From: a virus
Strand: one strand, 5' to 3'
DNA length: 64,000 nt
Virus record (IMG/VR): IMGVR_UViG_3300036760_000681
Location: 3,062 to 67,061 of that record
Each line of letters starts with the position of its first letter. The stretch's first letter is position 1. Positions 1 to 8,224 of this stretch are shown here, piece by piece. The translations under genes were made by a program, and so were the position numbers. The notes beneath the pieces were generated by a model, which was given only the letters and a program-made list of their open reading frames with translations, was not told where the DNA came from and searched no databases.

Positions 1-626
1 AGCGCCAAGCGCTGTGCGGACGAGGACCAAAGGTACTCGCTCGGAACACGCTTCTCGTGGCTGAGTTTCCCCATGAGATCGACATCGCGCAGTTTGACCG
101 TGAGGGGATTCTGGTATCCTTTGCGCCCCACAAGTCCGTGGTCATACGCAATGCGGCGGCGTTTCACGGTCACGCCGCAGGTCGCGACAACGGACGCAAC
201 GATCTCGCTGTCCGCAGAACTGATCGTTGGGTACGAACCGCGAAAGCATCCGTCACCCAGTAGTAGTCCCATCAGGTACGGATCAAGAGGTAGCTCGCGT
301 TCCGGATACTGGGCTGGAGACGCGATTGGAATCCTCCAGGATAACTCTCGGTTCAACCCTTCAAGTTCCCGGGTCGTCGCGACGCGCCAGCCCCGACGAC
401 GATACGCATCCTTCTTCGATTGAACCACCCAGAGGTGGTCTCCGCTCGCCCTTGTCTGCGCGCCGTCGGCAAATCCGACCTCAAAAACTGGTATGGTGCC
501 CTGTGGAAACACGCCAATGACCGTTGTCGGCAACCCGTTGCTGCCCATGACGAGGTCGCCGATGCGTAGGTCTCCGATAGGCCGCCATCCGGTCGGCGTG
601 AGGACGGGTTCGTCGATTGGCTGGGC
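1..626 (-). mobile_element. Intein (Hint N-terminal part plus LAGLIDADG homing endonuclease), partial
   Basis: Block A AQPIDEPVLTPTGWRPIGDLRIGDLVMGSNGLPTTVIGVFPQG, block B TRASGDHLW, first LAGLIDADG helix LPLDPYLMGLLLGDG. Inserted right after the P-loop lysine. Confidence 0.9.
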
Positions 627-986
627 TTTCGAGGTGGTCGTTCCCGCGCTCACCGCACACGACTTCCCCGCGAAGATGGTTTCGAGCGCGGTGACGAGTG
701 GATCCGGGTCGCCGTCCCACAGGTGCGGCCGACCCTGGTTGCCGACGGCTTCGCACTGGGGGCAGTAGCAGCAGGCGTACTCGGGGTTCAGGCTCCAGCG
801 GATCGTCGGCTCGGGAACGTTGAGCTTGTTGACGATCCAGCCGACCGGGTCATTCGCGTACTCGACGTGCGCCCGGATACTCGATGCCCAGACGCCAGCA
901 CGCTTGCGGCGTTCCAGCTCGGCCTGCGCCTGGAGCTTGATGCGCTCCGATTCGGCGGCGCTGACGGTGGCTTGCGGGGCGGTCAC
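1..986 (-). CDS. terL: Terminase large subunit, N-terminal part with intein; runs off the left edge
   Basis: Manual translation of the minus strand (not in the ORF track). GTG at 986 overlaps the upstream TGA and the frame stays open to the edge: MTAPQATV...EYANDPVGWIVNKL...ETIFAGKSCAVSAGTTTSK, then the intein. Walker-A-like loop, same strand as and downstream of TerS. Confidence 0.75.
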   Translation of the reverse strand, partial: MTAPQATVSAAESERIKLQAQAELERRKRAGVWASSIRAHVEYANDPVGWIVNKLNVPEPTIRWSLNPEYACCYCPQCEAVGNQGRPHLWDGDPDPLVTALETIFAGKSCAVSAGTTTSKAQPIDEPVLTPTGWRPIGDLRIGDLVMGSNGLPTTVIGVFPQGTIPVFEVGFADGAQTRASGDHLWVVQSKKDAYRRRGWRVATTRELEGLNRELSWRIPIASPAQYPERELPLDPYLMGLLLGDGCFRGSYPTISSADSEIVASVVATCGVTVKRRRIAYDHGLVGRKGYQNPLTVKLRDVDLMGKLSHEKRVPSEYLWSSSAQRLA

Positions 987-1153
987 TTGTAGCGGGCGAT
1001 CGCTCCGATGCCCTTCATGGCCTTCTTCGCGCCACACTTGGCGCACTTCATGGCGCCGGCCTTCATCGGCATCCCGCACTGGGCGCACTCACCGGCCTCG
1101 GTGTCCTTCATGCCCTTCTTCTCGCCCGGCTCGCCCTTTTCCCACGGCTTCAT
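983..1153 (-). CDS. Small zinc-ribbon protein
   Basis: MKPWEKGEPG...CAQCGMPMKAGAMKCAKCG with two CxxC pairs; start/stop overlaps with both neighbours. Confidence 0.6.
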   Translation of the reverse strand: MKPWEKGEPGEKKGMKDTEAGECAQCGMPMKAGAMKCAKCGAKKAMKGIGAIARYK

Positions 1154-1380
1154 GGTCGCCCTCGGTGGTTGGTGACCGCCACGATGTGGCAGCAGTCTCT
1201 TCGCAACTCGCGCTTCTGACAACTACACCGATAATACTTTCCGTGGTCGGTGACAAGGTGGTCGAGCCCGTCCAGGTGTACGGTCCAGCGGTCGGGGAGG
1301 TCTTTGCGGGGCGGCCAGGCGGTAACGATGGGTCCGGGGAGATTCACCCCGGCGGGTTTCGAGAACGCCGACCAGGTCAC
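1150..1380 (-). CDS. SWIM-type zinc finger protein
   Basis: YRCSC-x9-CHIVAV matches the CxC...CxH pattern. Confidence 0.65.
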   Translation of the reverse strand: MTWSAFSKPAGVNLPGPIVTAWPPRKDLPDRWTVHLDGLDHLVTDHGKYYRCSCQKRELRRDCCHIVAVTNHRGRP

Positions 1381-1718
1381 GCCGCTTCACCGAAAACGGT
1401 GCAATCCTCCGCGTGCTCGAACGTGATCGCCGTGGCGCCCGGCGCGCGGCGCACCACGACTTTACACTTCCGGCAAGTGATGGTGCTATCGGTGATCTTG
1501 AGGTGGTGGCTCCGCGGCCGCCCGAAGGGCCGCTCGACATGGCGAACCTTGAGGGGAACCGGGGGCTTCTGGGGTGGGAGCAGCGGCGGCCCGGGCGCCT
1601 CGAAGTTCGGCGGGCGGTTGCCGAGACTCACAGCCAACTCTCCAATCTGGCGATTCGATGGCGGAGCGCCATCCACGCCCACGCCGGCATCACTGCACCG
1701 TCCGGCTCTGGCGCACAA
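1377..1718 (-). CDS. Hypothetical protein (start uncertain, probably near 1680)
   Basis: Stop overlaps the next start; contains CRKC...HAEDC. Confidence 0.45.
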   Translation of the reverse strand: MCARAGRCSDAGVGVDGAPPSNRQIGELAVSLGNRPPNFEAPGPPLLPPQKPPVPLKVRHVERPFGRPRSHHLKITDSTITCRKCKVVVRRAPGATAITFEHAEDCTVFGEAA

Positions 1719-1956
1719 TCGACATCCGCGGCTCCACCACAGCGCCCGTTAGGCCCTCGGCCTGATCCTCCTCGGCCTCCACGCGCTCCCGGTGCCGCGC
1801 ATCGCTCACCCCGGCCTCGTGACCGTAGGTGAACCCTTTCCTGTAACCACGCCCGAAGGCCGCCTCGATGGTCAGGGGCGTCCCCTTCACGCAGGCTTTC
1901 CAGCCGGCCACAAAGCAGGCGGCGCAAGCCAGGACGATGAGCAGGGCGTCGATCAC
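1690..1956 (-). CDS. Hypothetical membrane-anchored protein
   Basis: N-terminal hydrophobic helix, then FGRGYRKGFTYG; coupled to the VRR-NUC stop. Confidence 0.6.
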   Translation of the reverse strand: MIDALLIVLACAACFVAGWKACVKGTPLTIEAAFGRGYRKGFTYGHEAGVSDARHRERVEAEEDQAEGLTGAVVEPRMSIVRQSRTVQ

Positions 1957-2279
1957 GGCATCCCTCGAATTAGGGCTACTTGAGCCGCGGCGGCGGCCAG
2001 CCCGCCCACCACGAAGTCCTCGGAGCAGTTGCGGCAGAGGTTCTGGAAGTCCACCTGATCCTCGCTCAACTTCCCGCCCTCGCGCTTGACCTCGTGAAAC
2101 CAGAATGCGCCCCGGGCCGGCCAGAACACCAACAGATCGGGCAGGCCGAGCGCGACCTTCGAGCGGCGGGCTTGCGAGGTGCTGAGTACCCGGCAGCCAA
2201 CTGTCCGATAGAACTTGACGACGGCGCGCTGGACGTCCTTCTCCAGCGGCGCGGGCAACTTCGGCGTGCGGAGCTTCAC
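1953..2279 (-). CDS. VRR-NUC domain nuclease (resolvase-like)
   Basis: EKDVQ...GLPDL...FHEVKREGGKLSEDQ, a PD-(D/E)xK motif. Confidence 0.85.
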   Translation of the reverse strand: MKLRTPKLPAPLEKDVQRAVVKFYRTVGCRVLSTSQARRSKVALGLPDLLVFWPARGAFWFHEVKREGGKLSEDQVDFQNLCRNCSEDFVVGGLAAAAAQVALIRGMP

Positions 2280-2300
2280 CGCTTGCCTCGCCTCACGGAC

Positions 2301-2579
2301 TCACCTTTGATCGACCTTCACGGCGCGCCACTTCAGGCCGCCGTTGTGTTTCGTGCGCACGTAACTGATATCCAGGTCGGGGCCCTCGTAGCAGTCGATA
2401 AGCCGAACCTCCGGCATCATCGCGGTCGCGACCCGGATGGCTCCGGTCATGTCACAGCAGTTCCCTACGGGAAGGTGCAGCGCCATGTGCCGCTCGCCGA
2501 CCACCCTCCAGCAGATCCAGCAACACTGGAGCGTTTCGCTTCGTACATACGGAATCGCGGCCTCGAGGGGAATGGTCAC
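2301..2579 (-). CDS. Hypothetical protein
   Basis: GTG start overlapping the upstream TGA; MTIPLEAAIP...CCDMTGAIRVATAMMPEV. Confidence 0.55.
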   Translation of the reverse strand: MTIPLEAAIPYVRSETLQCCWICWRVVGERHMALHLPVGNCCDMTGAIRVATAMMPEVRLIDCYEGPDLDISYVRTKHNGGLKWRAVKVDQR

Positions 2580-2692
2580 CGCCGCTTGCCCCGCCTCTTC
2601 GCACGACGGCGACGGCGGCGAAGTTCGTCGGAGGCCAGAAACCGCAACTGTACCAACTCGCGCCACGTCAGGGTTTTGACGGTGATCTTCAC
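2576..2692 (-). CDS. Small basic protein (38 aa)
   Basis: Manual translation MKITVKTLTWRELVQLRFLASDELRRRRRRAKRRGKRR; GTGA overlaps at both ends. Confidence 0.5.
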   Translation of the reverse strand: MKITVKTLTWRELVQLRFLASDELRRRRRRAKRRGKRR

Positions 2693-3249
2693 CGCCCACC
2701 CCGCTTCTTCGGCTTCCATTCCGTGCGCCCGCGCTTCTTGAACTTCTTGATCTTCTCGGCATCGAAAGCGTCGATCATCGCCCCGTCGGACTCGGCGCGC
2801 GAGAGGCCCTTCTGCTCCGTCGCCTTCTGGGCGACGTGGTACGCTGCCGTCACCGCCGGCTCCTTAAGGAGTCTCGCGCCGAAGAACCGCTTGAACTCGC
2901 GGTGCATTTCCTCGCCCGTCGCCGGGTCGGGAACGAGATGCCCGTCCTCGATCTCCGCGTTGAAGGCAACCACGGCCTCGTCGAACCAGCGGCGAAAGTG
3001 GGGCAGGGCCACCAGGCTCGGCGGGAGGGACTGCGCCTGCGTCCACGCCTCCTGGCGCCAGCGTTCGCCGGCGGCGGCGATAGCCGCCGTCTCGCGGTCG
3101 CACTCCGCGTCGAATCGGTCGATCTCGTCTTCGCCGCCCCACTCGCACCAGTCCGTCCAGAAGGCGCGCTCCTGCTCGCTGAGCGTCTCGCGGTCAAACT
3201 CGACCGAGTGGATGACGCCGTGTTGGGTGATTTCGACGGTGATCTTCAC
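2689..3249 (-). CDS. Protein containing a paralog of the scaffold-protein core domain
   Basis: About 35 of 78 aa identical to part of 57420-58661, including EFKRFFG. Confidence 0.8.
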   Translation of the reverse strand: MKITVEITQHGVIHSVEFDRETLSEQERAFWTDWCEWGGEDEIDRFDAECDRETAAIAAAGERWRQEAWTQAQSLPPSLVALPHFRRWFDEAVVAFNAEIEDGHLVPDPATGEEMHREFKRFFGARLLKEPAVTAAYHVAQKATEQKGLSRAESDGAMIDAFDAEKIKKFKKRGRTEWKPKKRGGR

Positions 3250-3614
3250 AGCCCCAGCGCCCGGTTGAGTTCCTGCAAGCCGTCGAAGGCCTCATTCAGT
3301 TCGCGCCGAATCTCGCAATGGTTCCCCGTCACACGCGCGGAGAACGACGGCACGGCGCTCGCGGCGTAGTTGTTTCCGCGCGCTCCTTCGTCGGCCCTTT
3401 CCGGCCGCGGCATGAGTGTCCTGCTCAGAATGGTCTGAACGAAATTGGCCAGCTCGCCCGCCCTCGCGGCCAGCGCTTCGCTCTCCGTCGCGATCGACTC
3501 GAGTTCGCCGGGCGGGCGGGTGGCCGCGCCGAGACCTGGCGGCGCGGTGCGGGCCGTCATCTCGCTCTGTTGTCGGTAAAACTCGTCTTTGGTCTGGTAG
3601 GAGCGCTCGTTCAC
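3246..3614 (-). CDS. Hypothetical coiled-coil protein
   Basis: AGGAGG RBS before the GTG; first gene of a coupled run. Confidence 0.7.
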   Translation of the reverse strand: MNERSYQTKDEFYRQQSEMTARTAPPGLGAATRPPGELESIATESEALAARAGELANFVQTILSRTLMPRPERADEGARGNNYAASAVPSFSARVTGNHCEIRRELNEAFDGLQELNRALGL

Positions 3615-3670
3615 GAATCCTCCTGGTGGGTGCGCGGCAGGCCCGAACGGACCGGCGTCGCGAGGCTATC

Positions 3671-3890
3671 GTTATACTTTTTCTCTCTCCAGTCAATGTC
3701 GGCTCGGTGTCGCCAGTGTCGCGATATAGTGTATCGACGCCTCTTGACAAACCACGTCCACAGTGCGACAGTTACCTCCAGCACCCCACCTTCGGGTGGA
3801 TCACGCGAGCCCCACCAAATTCCTCCGCCAGGGGTTGTCCGGTGGGGCTTCGTGCGTCCCCCTCTTGCGTAAAAAAAGAAGCCGTGCAAG
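3671..3890. promoter_or_regulatory. Divergent promoter region
   Basis: Minus-strand TTGACT...TATAAC (3696-3671, short spacer), plus-strand TTGACA at 3744, TTGCGT...CAAGAT before 3901, and a long hairpin at about 3802-3854. Confidence 0.45.
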
Positions 3891-3900
3891 ATTGCCGTTC

Positions 3901-4179
3901 ATGACAAGCCCTGGCACGGTGTCTTCATTGCCCCCCGCAGTCCACGCGCCTTCCCCGGCCGCCCTCTTCGGCGGTCGTGACGACATCAGCGCCGTCCCAG
4001 GGACATCGCCAACCAGCCTGAACCTCGAGCCGCGCCGCGGGCCCATCAGCTACGGCTGCGGCCACACAATCGACGTCGGCTTCGGGCCAGCACGAACAGA
4101 CCGCGACCCCTGCGAAGCCTGCCACCGCGCCGCCGGCACCTGGCCGCGCGAAACCGTCATCCTGCCGAGGGGCGCGTGA
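3901..4179 (+). CDS. Hypothetical protein with CGH...CEAC metal motif
   Basis: ATG 3901; stop overlaps the DUF559 start (GTGA). Confidence 0.55.
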   Translation: MTSPGTVSSLPPAVHAPSPAALFGGRDDISAVPGTSPTSLNLEPRRGPISYGCGHTIDVGFGPARTDRDPCEACHRAAGTWPRETVILPRGA

Positions 4180-4793
4180 AGTCACGGCTCCATGCGCACG
4201 GAAGCCGGCGCAGTCCCTACGCGGACGGCCGGAAGCCGAGAACCGACGTCGAGCCGTGGTGGAACGCCATCGTCATCCCTGCGACGGGGCGCACCGCCAC
4301 CGTCACCGGTCGAGGAACGCAGCGGCACAAGAAGCAGCCTGCCCGGCCCCGCTCCGCGCGCCTCGGCAAGTCCGACGCCCAGTTCGCCCACGAGGCCGAG
4401 AACGCCCGCCGGCACGACGAAGCGCTCCGGCGCCGCGCGGCGAAGCAGATGGCCGAGCGACCCACCACGGCCCGGGGCGACAAAGAGGCGTTTCGGCAAC
4501 ACCTGATCGCCCACCCCACTCCAGCCGAGGCCGCGCTCTTCGCCCACCTCCAGGCGTGGGGGATCCCTTTCGAGTTCCAGCCGCTCGTCAAAGGCTACAT
4601 CCCTGACTTTCGGATCCTCCCAAGCCGCCTCCTCGTCGAACTCGACGGGCCGATCCACGACGCACAGCAAGACAAAGACCGCGAGCGCGAGGGCCATCTC
4701 ACCCGCCGCGGATGGCGGATCCTTCGCTTCACCAACGATGCCCTCTTCTTGAATCCCGACGCCGTGCGACGCGCCATCGCCGAGGCAGCCTAG
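4176..4793 (+). CDS. DUF559 / Vsr-like endonuclease
   Basis: TPAEAALF...YIPDF...LLVELDGPIH...DREREGHLTRRGWRILRFTN. Confidence 0.85.
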   Translation: MKSRLHAHGSRRSPYADGRKPRTDVEPWWNAIVIPATGRTATVTGRGTQRHKKQPARPRSARLGKSDAQFAHEAENARRHDEALRRRAAKQMAERPTTARGDKEAFRQHLIAHPTPAEAALFAHLQAWGIPFEFQPLVKGYIPDFRILPSRLLVELDGPIHDAQQDKDREREGHLTRRGWRILRFTNDALFLNPDAVRRAIAEAA

Positions 4794-5330
4794 CCGAACC
4801 CTGAGAGTCCGCAGCGAGAGTGGGCGGGGGGCAGGCGTCTGATGTTCAGCCCGAACGCCACGGCGGCAGGTTGTTTCGACCTCCGACCGAGCACCAGCCG
4901 AATCGAGAGGGGCGGCCTATAGACCCGGTACCGACCGGACACCGCCAGCCAGACCCCTACTCCGGCACCAGCGAAACCGCCACCGGCGAATACGTTTTCA
5001 AGGCTCTATGGTAAAAGTATTTAGGTGAGGTGCGTCCTCACTACATCCTCTGACTCTCGAGCAGAACTCACCTCCCGGCACACCGCTCGCGACCCCTTCC
5101 CCTGGGTAGCCCCGAGGGCGCTCTGACGAGTCCGAGGCACCAGAACAGTCGGCCAGAGGCACTCGGTTCTACCTACCAGCGATGAAGCCCGTTTTCTCCC
5201 AACCGCTGCGAAAAAAAAGAGCGCGCTGGCGTCCGGGGGACCCTACCCGGCATGGGGGTGTCGCCCGTGCAACATTTCAGAGGGAGCAAACCGATGCCCT
5301 GGCATAACCTTCAGGCCCGCGGACGGGCCA

Positions 5331-5420
5331 GCGTAACACCCGTAACACCACCTTCCGGTTTACCTCTTACGCGGGCGCGTATCAGAAGTAATACGGAAAG
5401 TGCCGTTACGCCTGTTACAC
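5331..5420. repeat. Imperfect ~90-bp palindrome with paired GTAAC/GTTAC iterons
   Basis: GTAAC at 5333 and 5342, GTTAC at 5405 and 5414, centre TACGCG-GG-CGCGTA at 5368-5381. Confidence 0.75.
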
Positions 5421-5841
5421 GCCTCTCGGTAGGGAAAAACGGCGCTACGGCGGCTACCGCGCTCAAGTCCGCGCGGAGGTCGTACACTTGGCGGCCCGGG
5501 GGGCCCCGCCGGGGTGGGGGCTGCTCAGTTGGTTGGTGACCGGTCGGTCGGTGGCTGCTCGCCTCTCATCGCCTCGCGCTGCGCCGAGCTCGCCCGCTGC
5601 GCGCCGCGGCCGCGCTTCCCTCCCCTCGCTACCTCCTTGCCTCGCGCTGCGCTGCGCTGGCCCCGCATCGCGTACCGCTACCGCGCTCGCCTCGCCCGCG
5701 CTGGCCCGCGCTGGCCAGGCATCGCACCCGGCCAGCCAGGTAGGCCAGGCATCGCCGGCCAGGGGTTGCCAGGGCGCCCCTGTTATGGGGCGATGGGGTC
5801 AGACGGCTAAGTGATGGGCTAGCAACGGGCTACGGAAGGTG

Positions 5842-5869
5842 ACTTCGTATAACTGGTCTTATGTTGAGC
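5842..5869 (+). other. XerC/XerD dif-like recombination site
   Basis: ACTTCGTATAA-CTGGTC-TTATGTTGAGC has the 11-6-11 layout and inner ATAA/TTAT boxes of dif/pdif sites. Confidence 0.75.
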
Positions 5870-5888
5870 GGCATAGCCCTATTTCGCG

Positions 5889-6551
5889 CTACGCGCCTCG
5901 CTGCGCCCCGCGCGTTTCGGTAGGCTCCGGGAGGTGGGTAGCAGGCTCCGGGTCGGCGGCGCTCGGCGTTCCTGGGGCATCTTGGGAGGTCACCAGCTCG
6001 GCCGGCTCGCCCGGCGGCGGATCCCCCTTGCCGAGCTGCGCGCGCTTCGGCGCGCCGTTGAGTACCGCCAAGACATGCTCACCGCGCGCCAGGCGCTCGA
6101 CCTGTTCGTCCCCCAGGCGGCCGATGTCCAGATGTGCGATAACCCCGCTCACGTCCACCCGGTCCGACCATCCCATGTTCTTGAGCCCGAAGATGGCGCC
6201 GGCGGCGGCCCCGCCGGTATCCGCAGAGCGGAGCGCCGCCTCATAGTCCTGCTCGATCAGAGAACGCGCCTGTTTGATGGCGGTGGAATACTCTGGGTAC
6301 GTTGATCCGTATTCGTTCAGTGCTTGCCGCCCCGACATGCCCAGGTAGAGGGCTAGTCCCGTCCAGAGAATCGGCGCCGGCGGGTCACAGGCCAGGCACT
6401 CGGCTACATACCGCTCGGCCAGGTCCACCAGCTCCGCCGGCGAGCTGATACTCCGCGGCCGGCCAGGTCGCCGGTTGGGGTTCGGATCGTTCGGGTCGAG
6501 TCCGGGGCCAGGCTGGTAGGGCGCGGCCGCGGCGCGGTGGGCGGCGGTCAT
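5889..6551 (-). CDS. terS: Terminase small subunit (P22 gp3-like)
   Basis: GRPRSISSPAEL...PILWTGLALYLG...YPEYSTAIKQARSLIE...AGAIFGLKNMGWSDR. Confidence 0.85.
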   Translation of the reverse strand: MTAAHRAAAAPYQPGPGLDPNDPNPNRRPGRPRSISSPAELVDLAERYVAECLACDPPAPILWTGLALYLGMSGRQALNEYGSTYPEYSTAIKQARSLIEQDYEAALRSADTGGAAAGAIFGLKNMGWSDRVDVSGVIAHLDIGRLGDEQVERLARGEHVLAVLNGAPKRAQLGKGDPPPGEPAELVTSQDAPGTPSAADPEPATHLPEPTETRGAQRGA

Positions 6552-6630
6552 GGCTGAAGGATGCAGCGGTGGGCCCGGAAACGCCAGAGGGGCGGCGTGG
6601 TGGCCGCCCCTCGCGTGGTTCCCGGTCTGG

Positions 6631-6897
6631 TCAGCGCGGCGGGATGGACAGGTAGATGCAGGCGTGCCCCGGTGGGCAGGGCGCCGGCGCGGTGCACACC
6701 TCCACCGTGGCGAGCGTCCGGCCGGTGGCGTTGTCGGTGAGCTGGCCGGCCGGCGTGCAGGGGTCAGTCGGGCCGGCGCAGGCGGCGAGGCACAGAGCCA
6801 GGGCGGCGAGGCTGGCCGCCTTGCGGAGCCGGGCGGCTTTGCGGGCGAGGTCGCGCGCGCGCCGGCTGGCGCTGCGCTTGGGGTCGGGGCGGTTCAC
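6631..6897 (-). CDS. Putative lipoprotein
   Basis: Basic N-terminus, hydrophobic stretch, lipobox LAAC. Confidence 0.6.
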   Translation of the reverse strand: MNRPDPKRSASRRARDLARKAARLRKAASLAALALCLAACAGPTDPCTPAGQLTDNATGRTLATVEVCTAPAPCPPGHACIYLSIPPR

Positions 6898-6991
6898 AGT
6901 CCACCGTCCGCGTCGCTCGAAACGGTGGTGCCGTCGAAGGCGCCGCCGAAGTCGCCGGTTTCGGTGCACTGGCCGCCGACGCGGGGCGCGC

Positions 6992-7192
6992 TCATATGAG
7001 CCCCGCGGCGACCAAGACGGACGGGCAACCGTGCTCGCAGTGGCCGTCCGGTTCAACTTCGCAGCCTTCCGAGCAGCAGGCCGGGCAGATACCGTCCATG
7101 CACTCTTCAAGGCTGAAGCCGGAATCCGCGAGCGCTTGGCGCGCGCTGATCCGGTACTCACCGCCGGCGCGGACCTTCACCGGCGCGCTCAC
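6992..7192 (-). CDS. Small Cys-rich phage protein
   Basis: CPACCSEGCEVEPDGHCEHGCPSVL motif. Confidence 0.65.
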   Translation of the reverse strand: MSAPVKVRAGGEYRISARQALADSGFSLEECMDGICPACCSEGCEVEPDGHCEHGCPSVLVAAGLI

Positions 7193-7374
7193 GCCGCACG
7201 CTCGGCACTGGAGACGGCGATGAGGGACGGCCAGAGGCAGCGGGACAGCGCCAGGCGTTGCGGTGATCCGGTCGCCCAGTAGGCGGCGCGGAACGTCGAG
7301 CCGGCGGCCCACAGCTCGGCGCCAGTCTCGAGCGCGGTGCGGTAGGCGCGGCGGTTGAGCGGTACAGTTTGCAT
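7189..7374 (-). CDS. Hypothetical protein
   Basis: GGGGAG RBS before ATG; minus-strand TTGACA at 7448-7443 upstream. Confidence 0.55.
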   Translation of the reverse strand: MQTVPLNRRAYRTALETGAELWAAGSTFRAAYWATGSPQRLALSRCLWPSLIAVSSAERAA

Positions 7375-7690
7375 AACTCCCCCGGTGAGACGGTGAACGG
7401 GCGGTAACATCGCCAGCAATGCGTAACACTATCGTCCGCGCTTGTCAAGTAGGCCCCCGCCGCCCATCCCGCGCCGAGCACGAGCGACCGCCCCGGTTCC
7501 CGATTGGCCCGGCTGATTTCGTTGGCTGAAAAGCCGCACCTGGCTACGTCAAGCCCCCAATTCCCGGACGCAGGTACGCCACGAAACGGCGACGGGCGGT
7601 CATTTCTGGCCGCCTAACGTAAAATCCATTCTTAGATTAGGTGTTGTCGGACGGATTCCCCGCCGACGGAAAACCCAGAGGAGGGGCAGA

Positions 7691-7885
7691 GTGAAAACGA
7701 TCACCGTACTACCCAGCACTAGCCGCCGGGCGCTGACGCTCACCGAGGAAATGGCGCGGGAACATCGCCGGGTGGCAAAGCTGACGCGGGAGCGGGACGC
7801 TATCGGGCGGCGCCTGGCGCGGGCCCGGATGCGTTACAGCGTACTGAAGCGCATGGCGAACGACGACGCGCGGCGGGCTCTATGA
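7691..7885 (+). CDS. Hypothetical protein
   Basis: GAGGAGG RBS; first gene of the + strand cluster. Confidence 0.6.
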   Translation: MKTITVLPSTSRRALTLTEEMAREHRRVAKLTRERDAIGRRLARARMRYSVLKRMANDDARRAL

Positions 7886-8224
7886 CCGACCTAACCGAAT
7901 GACCCGAGCGCCGGCCTCACGCCGGCGCAGGCGCTCGCCGTGCTGCGCGCCAGCGATCACGGCTACCTCTGGCCGGCGTGGGCCGTGGCGATTGGCGCGG
8001 CCTACGGGCTGGAGGTTGAGCCACAGCGCCGCCGGAATGACCCGGCCGCCTTCAAGGGGCTGGACGTGCCGGACACAGCGCCGGGCGCGCTGGTCGAGGG
8101 GTACGACGCCACCGACCTGGCCGAGCTGGTGGCGGGGCACCTGAGCGGCGGAGCCTTCCGTCAAATCATGAACGGCCGCGGCTCGCGGCTGCGCTATGCG
8201 TGCGACGTGATCGAACGGGCGTAG
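7882..8224 (+). CDS. Hypothetical protein, probable +1 frameshift near 7893
   Basis: The coupled ATG at 7882 is out of frame with the 94-aa ORF by one extra A (GAC CTA A CCG). Confidence 0.5.

Noticed and set aside
57-768. Short ORFs listed in the track
   Set aside because: They overlap the intein-containing terL frame, which has clear motifs.
5121-5170. CTGACGAG as a hammerhead ribozyme core
   Set aside because: No stem II followed by GAAA and no matching stems I and III.
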